A stretch of 64,000 nt of DNA from Macrostomum lignano (GCA_002269645.1 NIVC01002553.1:62001-126000), one strand, 5' to 3'; numbered from the stretch's first letter, positions 12,446 through 25,573 are shown. A program made the numbers and translations. The notes: generated from the letters alone by a model not told the origin.

Positions 12446-12769
12446 GCGACGACCCCGCTGGATCCTCGTGTCCTGGACGCCATGCTGCCCTACTGTACCG
12501 GCCTGTTCGGCAACCCGCACTCTCGCTCACACGCCTACGGCTGGGAGACCGAGACCGCTGTTGAGAAGGCCAGAGCACAGGTGGCCCAGCTCATTGGCGC
12601 CGATCCCAAAGAGATTGTGTTCACTAGCGGCGCCACAGAGTCTAATAATATCGCTATTAAAGGCGTTGCCAGGTTCTACAAGTCAAGGAAGCGTCACCTC
12701 ATTACTAGCCAGACTGAGCACAAGTGCGTGCTCGACTCGTGCCGCGCGCTAGAGTCCGAGGGATTCGAG
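12446..12769 (+). CDS. NFS1: NFS1 exon 2
   Basis: Acceptor aatag|GCG; [37 protein letters not shown]; donor GAG|GTTTGC. Confidence 0.95.
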
Positions 12770-12857
12770 GTTTGCTTGCCGAATTGTTCCTTGCTTTTGT
12801 CCAGGCCGCCACGGTGCCAGCCCTCCCCTTTGCCCAGGCCGCTACGGTGCCAGATCT

Positions 12858-13447
12858 TTGATCATGCCGCCATATCCCTCCTCGCTTATCTTTGATCATG
12901 CCGCCAAAACCCTCCACCACTTATCTTTGATCATGCCGCCATAACCCTCCCCCACTTATCTTTGATCATGCCGCCATAACCCTCCCCACTTATCTTTGAT
13001 CATGCCGCCATAACCCTCCCCACTTATCTTTGATCATGCCGCCATAACCCTCCCCACTTACATGTATTTTTGATCATGCTGCCATAACCCTCCACCACTT
13101 ATCTTTGATCATGCCGCCATAACCCTCCCCCACTTATCTTTGATCATGCCGCCAAAACCCTCCACCACTTATCTTTGATCATGCCGCCATAACCCTCCCC
13201 ACTTATCTTTGATCATGCCGCCATAACCCTCCCCACTTACATGTATTTTTGATCATGCTGCCATAACCCTCCCCCACTTATCTTTAATCATACCGCCAAA
13301 ACCCTCCACCACTTATCTTTGATCATGCCGCCATAACCCTCCACCACTTATCTTTGATCATGCCGCCATAACCCTCCACCACTTATCTTTGATCATGCCG
13401 CCATAACCCTCCCTCACTTATCTTTGATCATGCCGCCATATCTTTGA
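12858..13447. repeat. ~35-bp intronic minisatellite (TTATCTTTGATCATGCCGCCATAACCCTCCCCCAC)
   Basis: About 16 units in NFS1 intron 2. Confidence 0.9.
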
Positions 13448-13517
13448 CCTAATTGATCCATCCTCTCACCCTCCGAGATTAGCTATGATAAATCTCTATA
13501 TTCACCCAAACCGCCAG

Positions 13518-14375
13518 GTAACTTACCTGCCAGTGAAGCCGTCTGGTCTACTAGACCTGGCCAGCCTAGAGTCCGCCATCCGCCCCGACACCGCCCTGGT
13601 GTCGGTCATGACAGTCAACAATGAAATCGGCGTCCGTCAGCCTGTTGAAAAGATCGGCGCCCTCTGCCGGTCCCGCGGCGTATTCTTTCACACAGACGCT
13701 GCTCAGGCAGTTGGCAAAATGCCAATCGACGTCAACGCCGCCTGCATCGACCTGATGTCGATCTCCGGGCACAAGCTCTACGGTCCGAAAGGTGTCGGCG
13801 CTATCTACGTTCGTCGGCGTCCGCGCGTCCGACTGGAACCGTTGCAGAGCGGCGGCGGCCAGGAGCGCGGGATGCGATCTGGCACGGTGCCAAGCTTCCT
13901 GGCCGTCGGCCTCGGCGCCGCCTGCCAGCTGGCCGGCCAAGAGATGGCCTTCGATGCCGAGCGGGTTGACCGGCTGTCCCAACGCCTAATCGATCGGATA
14001 GTCAGCCAGCTGAGTCACGTGGTGGTTAACGGCGACCGGGACAGCTGCTATCCCGGCTGCGTTAATCTCAGCTTCGCCTGCGTCGAAGGCGAATCCCTGC
14101 TGATGGCGCTGAAAGACGTCGCCTTGTCGTCCGGCAGCGCGTGCACCTCGGCCAGCCTGGAGCCGTCCTACGTGCTCAGGGCTATTGGCGCCGATGAAGA
14201 TCTGGCTCATTCCAGCATCCGCTTCGGGATTGGCCGGTTCACTACAGAGGCCGAGGTGGACTACACTGTTGACTTGTGCGTCAGGCAGGTCCGCCGGCTC
14301 AGGGAGCTCAGCCCGCTCTGGGAGATGGTGCAGGAGGGCGTCGATTTGAAGAGCATCCAGTGGACTCAGCATTGA
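13518..14375 (+). CDS. NFS1: NFS1 exon 3 (PLP lysine and catalytic cysteine)
   Basis: [30 protein letters not shown], and the eukaryotic C-terminus [10 protein letters not shown]. Joined CDS is 464 aa. Confidence 0.97.
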   Translation, partial: VTYLPVKPSGLLDLASLESAIRPDTALVSVMTVNNEIGVRQPVEKIGALCRSRGVFFHTDAAQAVGKMPIDVNAACIDLMSISGHKLYGPKGVGAIYVRRRPRVRLEPLQSGGGQERGMRSGTVPSFLAVGLGAACQLAGQEMAFDAERVDRLSQRLIDRIVSQLSHVVVNGDRDSCYPGCVNLSFACVEGESLLMALKDVALSSGSACTSASLEPSYVLRAIGADEDLAHSSIRFGIGRFTTEAEVDYTVDLCVRQVRRLRELSPLWEMVQEGVDLKSIQWTQH

Positions 14376-14424
14376 GTTTTTGTTCGGAGTCTAATGTGTC
14401 TAAATAAGGGTTGTGACGCACTAA

Positions 14425-17262
14425 AAATTTCCTAATCCCGATCCCTAATCTGGGAATCCTGGTTCCTAGACGTAAAAATTCAAATTCTAATCTCAAATGT
14501 GTTGAGCCTATCTCTAATTTGGGAATCCCAATCTCCCTAATCTGAGAATCTGGAAATCCCAGTTCCTAATCTGAGAATTTGGGAATCCCAGTCCCTAATC
14601 TGGGAATCTCAATCCCTAATCTGGGAATCCTAATCCCTAATCTAGGAATCGCAATCCCTAATCTGTGAATCCCAATTCCTAATCTGGGAATCCTTATTCC
14701 TAATCTGGGAATCCCAATTCCTAATCTGGGAATCCCAATCCCTAATCTGGGAATCCCAATTCCTAATCTGGGAATCCCAATTCCTAATATGGGAATCCCA
14801 ATCCCTAATCTGGGAATCCCAATTCCTAATCTGGGAACCCCAATCCCTAATCTGGGAATCCCAATCTCTAATCTGGGAATCCCAATCCCTAATTTGGGAA
14901 TCTTGGGAATGCCTATCCATAATCAGCTAGGAATCCCTTGGGATTTCCAGCAGTTAAGAACCTCGTACGCATGCTTCAGGTTTAACAAATAAGAATCCTA
15001 TTTTATTACAGGTTTTTGATTGACAGTCAATCGTTATTCAGTGTACATTACCATCTATCTGTCCAAAACTGACTCTGTGACACCCCAGCTAATTTGATTT
15101 TTTCGGCTAGCGCTGCAAATTACCGCTGACCGTCTTGATGATAAAAATCGTACTATTATATCCAGAAAAGCGTCGGTTACATTCTTCTAGAATAGAAGGA
15201 TGATTTGTCGCTTACATTTTTTCTTTTTTTCATGTGCTTTGTGCACTAGCACAGTACATACTACTAAACAAGTCGAGTAGCGTAGCATTAGAAACATGTT
15301 TATATCGCCCGCGTGTTTTTTGTTTGTTCACCTGCCGATTAATTAATTAGGCTTGATGATGCTCACTCAAAGACATACATAGTATAGAGCTTGTAACTTC
15401 ATTATTGTTGTGCGCTCCTATTGTTATATATATGATTGAGCATCTAACAAGAAACATCAATTAGTCCTCCATCTATAATCTGGGAATTCCAATTCCTAAT
15501 CCGGGAATCCCAACCCCTAAATCTAGTAATCCCCATCCATAATCTGGGAACCCCCATCCCTAATCTAGGAATCCCATCCCATCCATCATCATGCTAAAAA
15601 TGTGATGTCTATATACATCCCTAATCTAGGAATCCCCTTACCTAATCTGGGAATCCCATCCCTAATCTGGGAATCCCCATCCCTAATATGGGAATCCCCA
15701 TTCCTAATATGGGAATACTATTGCCTAATCTAGGAATCCCCTTACCTAATCTGGGAATCCCAATTCCTAATCTGGGAATCCCAATTCCTAATCTGGGAAT
15801 CCCAATTCCTAATCTAGGAATCCCAATTCCTAATCTGGGAATCCCAATTCCTAATCTGGGAATCCCAATTCCTAATCTAGGAATCCCAATTCCTAATCTG
15901 GGAATCCCAATTCCTAATCTGGGAATCCCAATTCCTAATCTAGGAATCCCAATTCCTAATCTGGGAATCCCAATTCCTAATCTGGGAATCCCAATTCCTA
16001 ATCTAGGAATCCCAATTCCTAATCTGGGAATCCCAATTCCTAATCTGGGAATCCCAATTCCTAATCTGGGAATCCCAATTCCTAATCTGGAAATCCCAAT
16101 TCCTAATCTGGGAATCCCAATTCCTAATCTGGGAATCCCAATCCCTAATCTGGGAATCCCAATCTCTAATCTGGGAATCCCAATCCCTAATTTGGGAATC
16201 TTGGGAATGCCTATCCATAATCAGCTAGGAATCCCTTGGGATTTCCAGCAGTTAAGAACCTCGTACGCATGCTTCAGGTTTAACAAATAAGAATCCTATT
16301 TTATTACAGGTTTTTGATTGACAGTCAATCGTTATTCAGTGTACATTACCATCTATCTGTCCAAAACTGACTCTGTGACACCCCAGCTAATTTGTTTTTT
16401 CGGCTAGCGCTGCAAATTACCGCTGACCGTCTTGATGATAAAAATCGTACTATTATATCCAGAAAAGCGTCGGTTACATTCTTCTAGAATAGAAGATGAT
16501 TTGTCGCTTACATTTTTTCTTTTTTTCATGTGCTTTGTGCACTAGCACAGTACATACTACTAAACAAGTCGAGTAGCGTAGCATTAGAAACATGTTTATA
16601 TCGCCCGCGTGTTTTTTGTTTGTTCTCCTGCCGATTAATTAATTAGGCTTGACGATGCTCACTCAAAGACATACATAGTATAGAGCTTGTAACTTCATTA
16701 TTGTTATGCGCTCCTATTGTTATATATATGATTGAGCATCTGACAAGAAACATCAATTAGTCCTCCATCCATAATCTGGGAATTCCAATTCCTAATCCGG
16801 GAATCCCAACCCCTAAATCTAGTAATCCCCATCCATAATCTGGGAACCCCCATCCCTAATCTAGGAATCCCATCCCATCCATCATCATGCTAAAAATGTG
16901 ATGTCTATATACATCCCTAATCTAGAAATCCCATCCCTAATCTAGGAATCCCCATCCCTAATCTGGGAATCCCCATTCCTAATATGGGAATACTATTCCC
17001 TAATCTAGGAATCCCCTTCCCTAATCTGGGAATCCCATCCCTAATCTAGGAATCCCCATCCCTAATCTGGGAATCCCCATTCCTAATATGGGAATACTAT
17101 TCCCTAATCTAGGAATCCCCTTCCCTAATCTGGGAATCCCATCCCTAATCTAGGAATCCCCATCCCTAATCTGGGAATCCCCATTCCTAATATGGGAATC
17201 CCCATCCCTAATCTAGGAATCCCCATCCCTAATCTGTAAATCCCCATCCCTAACCTAAGAAT
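14425..17262. repeat. Three blocks of a 21-bp minisatellite (CCTAATCTGGGAATCCCAATT) separated by two copies of a ~720-bp unique segment
   Basis: Arrays at ~14425-14910, 15470-16200 and 16770-17262. Unique segment ~14900-15620 recurs at ~16198-16917 (offset ~1297). Confidence 0.93.
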
Positions 17263-17535
17263 CCACACGTTCGTATGTAACTTAACTTTCAAATGTCATA
17301 ATGCAAAAAAGCTTGAACGCAGGGTGTACGGTGGCCCTGACTTTGTCATGCTGTCATGTTTTTTTTCAATTTTAGTACCGATCCATCAGTCATTTGAATG
17401 CTAACAAATAAAACAGAATGAGACTATGTTTGCAACACTTGAAGTTTCGTATTTCACATCTGGTTGCGCGGTTTCAGAAAAAAACGAATGTTGACCCACT
17501 TATAAGAGCTTGTGCTTTACTCCGTAAAACCGCTT

Positions 17536-17584
17536 GATTCACTGACTAAGTTAAGCAAAGTTGGCCTCGGTTAGTACGCAGATG
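17536..17584 (+). pseudogene. Degenerate 5S rRNA-like fragment (internal control region)
   Basis: AAGTTAAGCAAAGTTGGCCTCGGTTAGTACGCAGATG aligns by eye to invertebrate 5S (AAGTTAAGCAACGTCGAGCCCGGTTAGTACTTGGATG). The 5' and 3' ends of 5S are not recognisable. Confidence 0.45.
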
Positions 17585-18149
17585 AATAAGCCCAATGTTA
17601 TAAATCCTAAGTTAATTGTTGCCCAATTTGAAGGTCCTCATCCTTAATTAGCCTTAATCCAGTATTTATAGGCTTTATTATTTATTCCTATTTTTCTACT
17701 AAGAAATTTTTTGTTGCCCGTCAATATTCTGGCTAGAGAAGGAAATTGCATGCCCGATTTTCAGCTTCCAGTAGCCGAAATCTCCCTAACCCCTTTTTAG
17801 CTATATGCATTCCCTGCGCTTGTATAGTAAATTCTTGCGGAGAATTTCCAGCCGCTGCTCTGGAATATTCTTGACCCTCCCAATTTCCTGTTCTACATGT
17901 AGATGGTCTCAAGCCATTCTGTGGGCTGTGTGCCTCGATCCTCTAAACCTCTATTTATCCTCCGGTCTTGATGGCATTGCAAAATTGAGGAAATTGCTAT
18001 CTGCCCTCCGACTTTCCAACGATAAATTATTAAATTTCACCAGCCAATCACGGTTAGGCTGGCTTATAACTATTGTGTATTTATAGTGCCATTTCATTGT
18101 CCTTTAAGCATATTTTGCCCCAACTGGCCGGTGCTGCAGCTACCTTAAC

Positions 18150-19309
18150 TTCCATCATCCCTGACTCACTTTTATCATCCCTGACTCGCTTTCATCATCC
18201 CTGACTCATTTCCATCATTCATGACTCACTTTTATCATCCCTGACTCACTTCCATCATCCCTGACTCACTTTTATCATCCCTGACTCACTTTTATCATCC
18301 CTGACTCACTTTTATCATCCCTGACTCACTTCCATCATCCCTGACTCACTTTTATCATCCCTGACTCACTTTTATCATCCCTGACTCACTTCCATCATCC
18401 CTGACTCACTTCCATCATCCCTGACTGACTTCCATCATCCCTGACTGACTTCCATCATCCCTGACTCACTTCTATCATCCTTGACCCACTTCTATCCTCC
18501 TTGACTCACTTTAGTCATCCTTGACCCACTTTTATCATATTTGACTCACTTTCATCATATTTGACTCACTTTCATCATCCCTGACTCACTTCCATCATCC
18601 CTGACTCACTTCCATCATCCCTGACTCACTTTTATCATCCCTGACTGACTTCCATCATCCCTGACTCACTTCTATCCTCCTTGACTCACTTTCATCATCC
18701 TTGACCCACTTTTATCATCCTTGACCCACTTCCGTTATCTCTGACCCTTCCGTCATTTTAGCCTTTAAACTCCCTACGTCTTGTGACAATTTCCTTGACC
18801 CAGCATGACCCTCTTATTGACTATTTATTTGGCCTGATGATGAGTCAAATTTTATATCAATTCTATCCTTGATTCTATTTCTATCAATTCTATTCTATTT
18901 CTATCCTCCTTGACTCACTTTAATCATCCTTGACCCACTTCTATCATATTTGACTCACTTTCATCATCCCTGACTCGCTTCCATCATCCCTGACTCACTT
19001 CCATCATCCCTGACTCGCTTCCATCATCTTTGACTCACTTCCATCATCCCTGACTCACTTCTATCATCCTTGACCCACTTCTATCCTCCTTGACTCACTT
19101 TAATCATCCTTGACCCACTTCTATCATATTTGACTTACTTTTATCATCCTTGACCCACTTTTATCATCCTTGACCCACTTTCGTTATCTCTGACCCTTCG
19201 GTCATTTTAGCCTTTAAACTCCCTACGTCTTGTAACAATTTCCTTGACCCAGCATGACCCTCTTATTGACTATTTATGTGGCCTGATGATGAGTCAAATT
19301 TTATATCAA
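18150..19309. repeat. 20-bp minisatellite (TCATCCCTGACTCACTTCCA) with an internal 449-bp tandem duplication
   Basis: Unique ~130-bp stretch at 18733-18860 repeats at 19182-19309. Confidence 0.9.
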
Positions 19310-20180
19310 ACTATATAATCTTGTACAATATGCATCTCCAATTGCACTGAAATGCAGCAAAGCAAGAGGTAATTAGTACTCGTAATTAATTCATACCTGA
19401 AATGCCATAGAGAATTGATGAATTGGATCGGCTCAGGCAGAATAGAAATATCCCACACTACTATGCTCGCTAGCTGGGGATAGGGATGGGAGGTCGCTAG
19501 ACTTGGGCCTGGGATGTTTGTTCAGAGAGAGAGTGGTCTTCCCCATTGCCCCGTTCCCCAAGGCGTTGGCTTCTCGGACTGGGGCGCAGGTGCGCCGCCC
19601 TGGCTGCATTTTCGAAATTGAGGATGTCGGACGCTGGTGTGGGAGGGGCGCGACTCCAAGCCCGCTGTTTGTCCTGCTGCACTTTCAGGGGGATTAGGCA
19701 GGCATGCCGGAGAAACAGGCAGAGTGGCGAGGGGGGGGGGGGGGGGCGAGAACCGTTTTCATCCGCTTACTTCCATTAAAAGAAGGCTCTTTCAAAAGCA
19801 AGGAACTCCCCTACCATTGTTTCCGTAGGAGGAAATACGGAATAGATTTATTCATAGTTGTACTGTTTCGGAGTTGATGTGTCACCGTCTATTTTGTCTA
19901 ATCGAAGCAATCAAGCTCATTGGAGCGGCTATCACCCACTTTCCTACTTATGGAAAGCAGAATATGAGAGTGGGAGAGAATGAGGAAAATTTTGAGGATG
20001 TGAGGATAATTGGGGAAGAATGGTGGACGCACGCGCTGGCGTGTTGTAGGAATTGTAGGAACAACAGTTCAGCAAACACAGGCAGAGCAGCTGATGGCTC
20101 CCGGCTCTCTCTGATTGGCCAGAGCAGTGGGGGTTGGGGCTCACACCAACTCCCGCAGAGGTCTCTTGTGTCTCTTATCC

Positions 20181-20255
20181 ATGCTGGCTGCATCACGACT
20201 GGCCTTCTGTCTGCGTCTGGGCGCGTCCCAATCCTATAACTGTGCGTGCCGACAG
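20181..20255 (+). CDS. Possible 5'-most coding segment of the class C GPCR (MLAASRLAFCLRLGASQSYNCACRQ)
   Basis: Same frame as TM1; YNCACRQ resembles the YECICK motif before TM1 of GPR158. Followed by an in-frame TGA overlapping a GTGAGT donor, so the link is unresolved. Confidence 0.35.
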
Positions 20256-20321
20256 TGAGTGGGGAGCTTGAACCCCTTTGCCACAACTGCATCGGCTATG
20301 GGCTGTTTCAACGCCTCCCAG

Positions 20322-20438
20322 AATCTGCAGCAGCAGCAGCAAGTATGGGTGGCTCCTTTTGTTACTGTGTGCTGCTCTGCATCAATTTTGATCAGCTGCG
20401 GACTGGCTGCTGCGGTGCACCTGCGACGGCAGACTCGG
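20322..20438 (+). CDS. Class C orphan GPCR (GPR158/GPR179/GABA-B-like), TM1 exon
   Basis: Acceptor cgcctcccag|AAT; hydrophobic VWVAPFVTVCCSASILISCGLAAAV followed by basic HLRRQTR; donor CGG|GTGAGA, phase 0, matching the next exon. Confidence 0.65.
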
Positions 20439-20467
20439 GTGAGATGGGGGTGGATGCACATCCTAGG

Positions 20468-21430
20468 GACAGGTGCTGTGAGACTAAGGACAGATGCTGT
20501 GAGACTTGGGACAGATGCTGTGATACTGGGGACAGATGCTGTGAGACTGGGGACAGATGCTGCGAGACAGATGCTGTGAGACTGGGGACAGATGCTGCGA
20601 GACAGATGCTGTGAGACTGGGGACAGATGCTGCGAGACAGATGCTGTGAGACTGGGGACAGATGCTGCGAGACAGATGCTGTGAGACTGGGGGACAGATG
20701 CTGCGAGACAGATGCTGTGAGACTGGGGACAGATGCTGCGAGACTGGGGACAGATGCTGTGAGACTGGGGGACAGATGCTGCGAGACAGGTGCTGTGAGA
20801 CTGGGGGACAGGTGCTGTGAGACTGGGGACAGGTGCTGTGAGACTGGGGGGACAGGTGCTGTGAGACTGGGGACAGGTGCTGTGAGACTGGTGACAGGTG
20901 CTGTGAGACTGGGGGACAGGTGCTGTGAGACTGGGGACAGGTGCTGTGAGACTGGGGACATGCTGTGAGACTGGGGACAGATGCTGTGAGACTGGGGACA
21001 GGTGCTGTGAGACTGGGGACAGGTGCTGTGAGACTGGGGGACAGGTGCTGTGAGACTGGGGACAGGTGCTGTGAGACTGGGGACAGGTGCTGTGAGACTG
21101 GTGACAGGTGCTGTGAGACTGGGGGACAGGTGCTGTGAGACTGGGGACATGTGCTGTGAGACTGGGGACATGCTGTGAGACTGGGGACAGATGCTGTGAG
21201 ACTGGGGACAGGTGCTGTGAGACTGGGGACAGGTGCTGTGAGACTGGGGACAGGTGCTGTGAGACTGGGGACAGGTGCTGTGAGACTGGGGACATGCTGT
21301 GAGACTGGGGACAGGTGCTGTGAGACTGGGGACAGATGCTGTGAGACTGGGGACAGGTGCTGTGAGACTGGGGACAGGTGCTGTGAGACTGGGGACATGC
21401 TGTGAGACAGGGGGACAGAGGCTGTGAGAT
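20468..21430. repeat. 21-22-bp intronic minisatellite (GAGACTGGGGACAGGTGCTGT)
   Basis: About 44 units starting ~30 nt after the donor. Confidence 0.95.
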
Positions 21431-22538
21431 TAGGGGAGAGGTGCCGGGAGTAAAATCCCTAACAATCGTTCAAGAACGGGGATCAGAGAACAAAGAGATC
21501 TCACTTTCAAACTGCGAGAAAACATCATTCCCCTGAATTCGAGGCTGCTTCTTGAAGGCGAGTCTCCGGACAGATCGGGCAGCGGGAATTGGGATGCAAT
21601 TCTCTTGGGGATCGGGGAAAACGGCGAAATGGGATAGGAACTCAATTTGGGGGAGGTTGTTGAGCAGCTCAGGATATAGGTGGACAGTTCCCACGGTTAA
21701 CAGCTTTTGCATTGATAGCTGCTTGCGGAAGAAGAAGGACGAGCTTTCGCAAAAGATTTTCTATAACTAGTTGGAGTGGCTCGAGTGCACGGCGCTGCTG
21801 CAGTTCGGGAAGAGAGGCTGAGTGGCAGTGAGCAGTCCATCACTCGGACCATTCCGCACCAAAGGCAATGAGATCAATCCTATCAATACAGGGCATGGGT
21901 TCCAAACAAGGCAAAGTTTCAATTGCGTGCAGCATCTTTTGACGGAAGATTCTTAGCGGTTCTTAGAAATTGGGATTACATGTATTTTGTTTCAGAAAAG
22001 TCTGGATTAGCGATTCCCCAAGATTGAAGCTGAAAAGGGATAATAAAAAGAAAGATCGATCTCAATGTTGAAATGTCAACAATTGTATTCAATTCTATAG
22101 ATTGATGGTTCCGGTTTGGGTTTCAGTCATGAATTCTGGGGTTAATTTATGAGGCTCTATACTTATTAGATGTTAGAGATCATTTTATAGTCATTTTCGT
22201 CGTCATTAAGGACGAAACATGATTTTTTGTAGAAAATTCAGGCAAAAAAGCTACGCTGGAAGACAGAAGCAATGTCAAAGAAAATGACTGCGACGATGGT
22301 GGGAACCCTGCGCAGTGATGAATTGATTTAATTGATGCCGTGCTAGTGTGTAATGCGTACTTACATTTTGGCCTCAGCTTCGACCCTATGCTTCCCGGAT
22401 GAGTTGGCCATTTCAGCGTGACAAAATACTTCCAAGTCGTGTCTCTAATGCCCCACTGCTCCCCCTGTCTTCCTGGCCTGGTTACTAATTAGGCAACCCC
22501 GGCCCGATACATATTCTGACGCGGATGCGTGCCTTCTG

Positions 22539-22758
22539 CCAAGGAGGTCCAGAGCCAGAACCTCGGGTAGCAACTCTTTCCCATTGCCAGACAACTATAG
22601 GCTGACTGCAGTTTTTCAGTTTGACTAAAAATTAAAAAATTCATTTCCAACTCATTTTCCGTGTGAGTTGAAAAGCTCCAGTCAGCCTATAGTCGTCTAA
22701 AAAATAGGTGGTTTGGGGAAGAGTTGCCACCCCAAGTTCTGGCCCTGAGTCTCCTTGG
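22539..22758. mobile_element. MITE/foldback-like element with ~70-80-bp imperfect inverted arms
   Basis: CCAAGGAGG..GCCAGAAC..GCAACTCTTTCCC..AGACAACTATAGGCTGACTG is mirrored by CAGTCAGCCTATAGTCGTCT..GGGAAGAGTTGC..GTTCTGGC..CTCCTTGG. Confidence 0.7.
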
Positions 22759-24477
22759 CTCTGCTCTCATCATATTTCTTTCCATCCTCACGCGCCTGTC
22801 CGTAGGGATGTTCTCCTAGGAGAAGCGTGATTTCTGCGGCACCGCCGTCTGGTTTGAGGCGAGGGGGTCAGATATTGAGTCTGAGTTGATTAACCTGATT
22901 AAATTCGTGCCGAACTAACCCTAACCCATCCCAGAGCCTTTGGCGAAGTAGCTGAGAGATATGTGTGCACACATTTTCCACATCGACTGTTCAGCACGCG
23001 CCATGCGGACTCTTCTGCATTCTGCTGCTGGTTGTGGAATTTACCAGCTTAAAACAAGCTGATTGGTAGTTTTGTGCTTTCGGAACGTGGCTGAATTAGC
23101 TAATTTATTTCTTAATTTTTAGTATAGTGGACTAGCCATTTCGGACCCCCTTTGGGGGAGTAAACTGTGCAATATCTGTCTAACCAATTAAAAATTAGAA
23201 CGTAGCTCGTACTTATCCCAGTGAGCATTTCAGAAGACCAGTTACCATTGAGCACTCATTGAGAGACCAGTTACCATTGAATACTTATTGAGAGACCAGT
23301 TCCCATCTTTTTTGAACAATCTGTGATTGTAATCTATCCACACGCTGTTTCGAATCGAATATCTCAATCATTTAAAAAGTTCTATCTATTCCTTTCGGCG
23401 TGTTGAGCACGGAATATCAGCCCGGCGTGGTCAATGATGAAAAGCCGTGCGTGGGTGAGAGAGGGATAAAAAAGCCTCTGAGGATGAGGCGGGGAATCTG
23501 AGTGTGAAAGCGAGCTCAAATTACCTCGTTTCATGCAAGCCCCGATGAAGAGAGAGACAGAGTCTGGGAATGGGGCGAGATACGAAAAAAAGATAAAAGA
23601 CAGAGAGACAGACGGCCGTGCTAAACAGGCTTGGGGAGTCTGAAGCATATTTTTTCATGTTATCAGACTCAAACTCAAACGCGCAATGCCAACCGCAGAA
23701 GACAGGGAGGGAGGAGAGAAAATGGCGACGAGTTCCAAAGATGATGCGGGACGGATGCTGGGGCAAAGTTGAGCCGATGGGCTGGATGAGTAAAGCTTCA
23801 GGCTTGAAAGTGGAGGAGCAAGGCCTGCGGGACCAGAGTCTGTATAAAGGCGTACTTTTTATCACGACTGACTCCCTCCTTCTGCGATCCTAAATCCCCT
23901 GCCGCGCTCCAGTCTCTCCCTCTTAGAATACTTTCTTGCCATCCTTTCTGATAAAAGAAAATATGCTGACAGGGGTAAAGAATATATGGCAGATCATAAT
24001 ACGTTGTTATGCTGGCAGAGACAAGGAAATGAAGTGGTAGAGGGGAGAGGAAAAGCGACTGTGAAGTAGACAGGGAGAGGGAGACAGCGGGAAGGGGAGA
24101 GAAAGAGGAGGGAGAGAAAAACAGTCCTCAGTTTTTTTCCAAGGAAACTGAGACGGGCAGAAGAGGGTGTTTTGAGATTAACCCCGCATAATTGGTTTCG
24201 CTTGGCCTGTCAAAGCTTACTAATTATACCATGCATGGCGAGCATTGCAGTGTAGAAAAAGGGTGTCAATAATGGTCAATAATAGGTTTGCTTGAAGAGA
24301 TCATCTTTTGCTGTGCTGGTTAGTGCGGCTTCTCAGCCAATTTGTCCGCTTACCAATCTTGTAGAGCCGCTTCTTAAACCTCGGGCTGAACCCTACGCTA
24401 AAGATGAAGCTGTTCCGCGCTCATATCCTAGCTTAAATCCTTGATTCGCTTTGCTGATAGTAGAATTTGAGCTGAGT

Positions 24478-24599
24478 GCATTCAGCAGGGGGATTGAGAC
24501 TCGATGGCTGGAATCAAACAAGTGGAAGAGATAGGGAATGTAGGGAGAGGTTGGGAATGTAGGGAGAGATGGGGAATGTAGGGAGATGGGGAATGTAGA

Positions 24600-24642
<43 letters not shown>

Positions 24643-25573
24643 GGAGAGAGAGAGAGAGAGGAGGGCGCCTCCAATCTCGGGCACTGACACGGTAGAAAGT
24701 CAGAAAGGACTGAAAAAGGTCAATTTAAATCGAGTAGCCGATATTTCGAAATTAAATTTCTTCGTCAGGGCTGTAAGCGAGTGAAGTTTATTTGGCGCGA
24801 ATTGCCGTCAATATATAAAGGCGATATCGCCAGGGAGAGACGATCGATAAATTGATGTGCTCAAGCACTTAAAACAGTACGCATGGTCAGTACATTAAAA
24901 CGAGTCCGAGACTATGAGAAAAGCGGGGGGTGGCTAAAACTGTACAAGTGGGCCTAGACGACCTTTAAGTGTAGAATAAAAATTGTAAAAATAAATGCCA
25001 AAATAAATAGGTAAGGTAAATAAAAATTATTATTAAAAGCTCAGAGCAAAAATGCAGGTGCACCGTACACAGTGTCAGAAAAATGAATAAAAAGAAGAAA
25101 ATAAATAATCTGAATAAATCAAAATAAAGTCAATGAAAAAATCACAGAGGGGAAAAATAGCAGTAAAAGAGCCTTTGTACAGCTGATCTCAATTGGCAGA
25201 AGCTGGTTCGAGCTGGCTGTGGCAGAGTAGATCCCGAAGGCTCCTCCCTTTAGTGAAGGCCGGCAGTACAGGGGCATCGCAGTGCTGTGCCACGCCGTCC
25301 CTCACCTTGGCAACCAGGGTGTCTGACCCAGCGCAGTGCGGCACAATCAGTGGGATCGCCGGATTGTGCAGCACCCCGGCCAGCTCGTTGGCGCCATGTG
25401 GGACCAGAGTTTTCAGGACCGCGATGAGTTTGGCCTCCTGGCGTTGACGTCCTGGCATTCAGCAGGGGGATTGAGAGACTCGATGGCTGGAATCAAACAA
25501 GTGGAAGAGATAGGGAATGTAGGGAGAGGTTGGGAATGTAGGGAGAGATGGGGAATGTAGGGAGATAGGGAAT

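Noticed and set aside
13485-14375. Bacterial iscS or horizontal transfer
   Set aside because: Spliced gene with a mitochondrial presequence and the eukaryotic NFS1 C-terminus.
18830-18860. Hammerhead core CTGATGA (also at ~19283)
   Set aside because: No stem II or GAAA follows.
20256-20258. Selenocysteine codon in the GPCR
   Set aside because: No SECIS-like structure recognised after 34197, the TGA overlaps a perfect donor, and simpler explanations exist.
21430-21900. Possible retroelement ORF fragment
   Set aside because: Translations show no recognisable domain; left unannotated.
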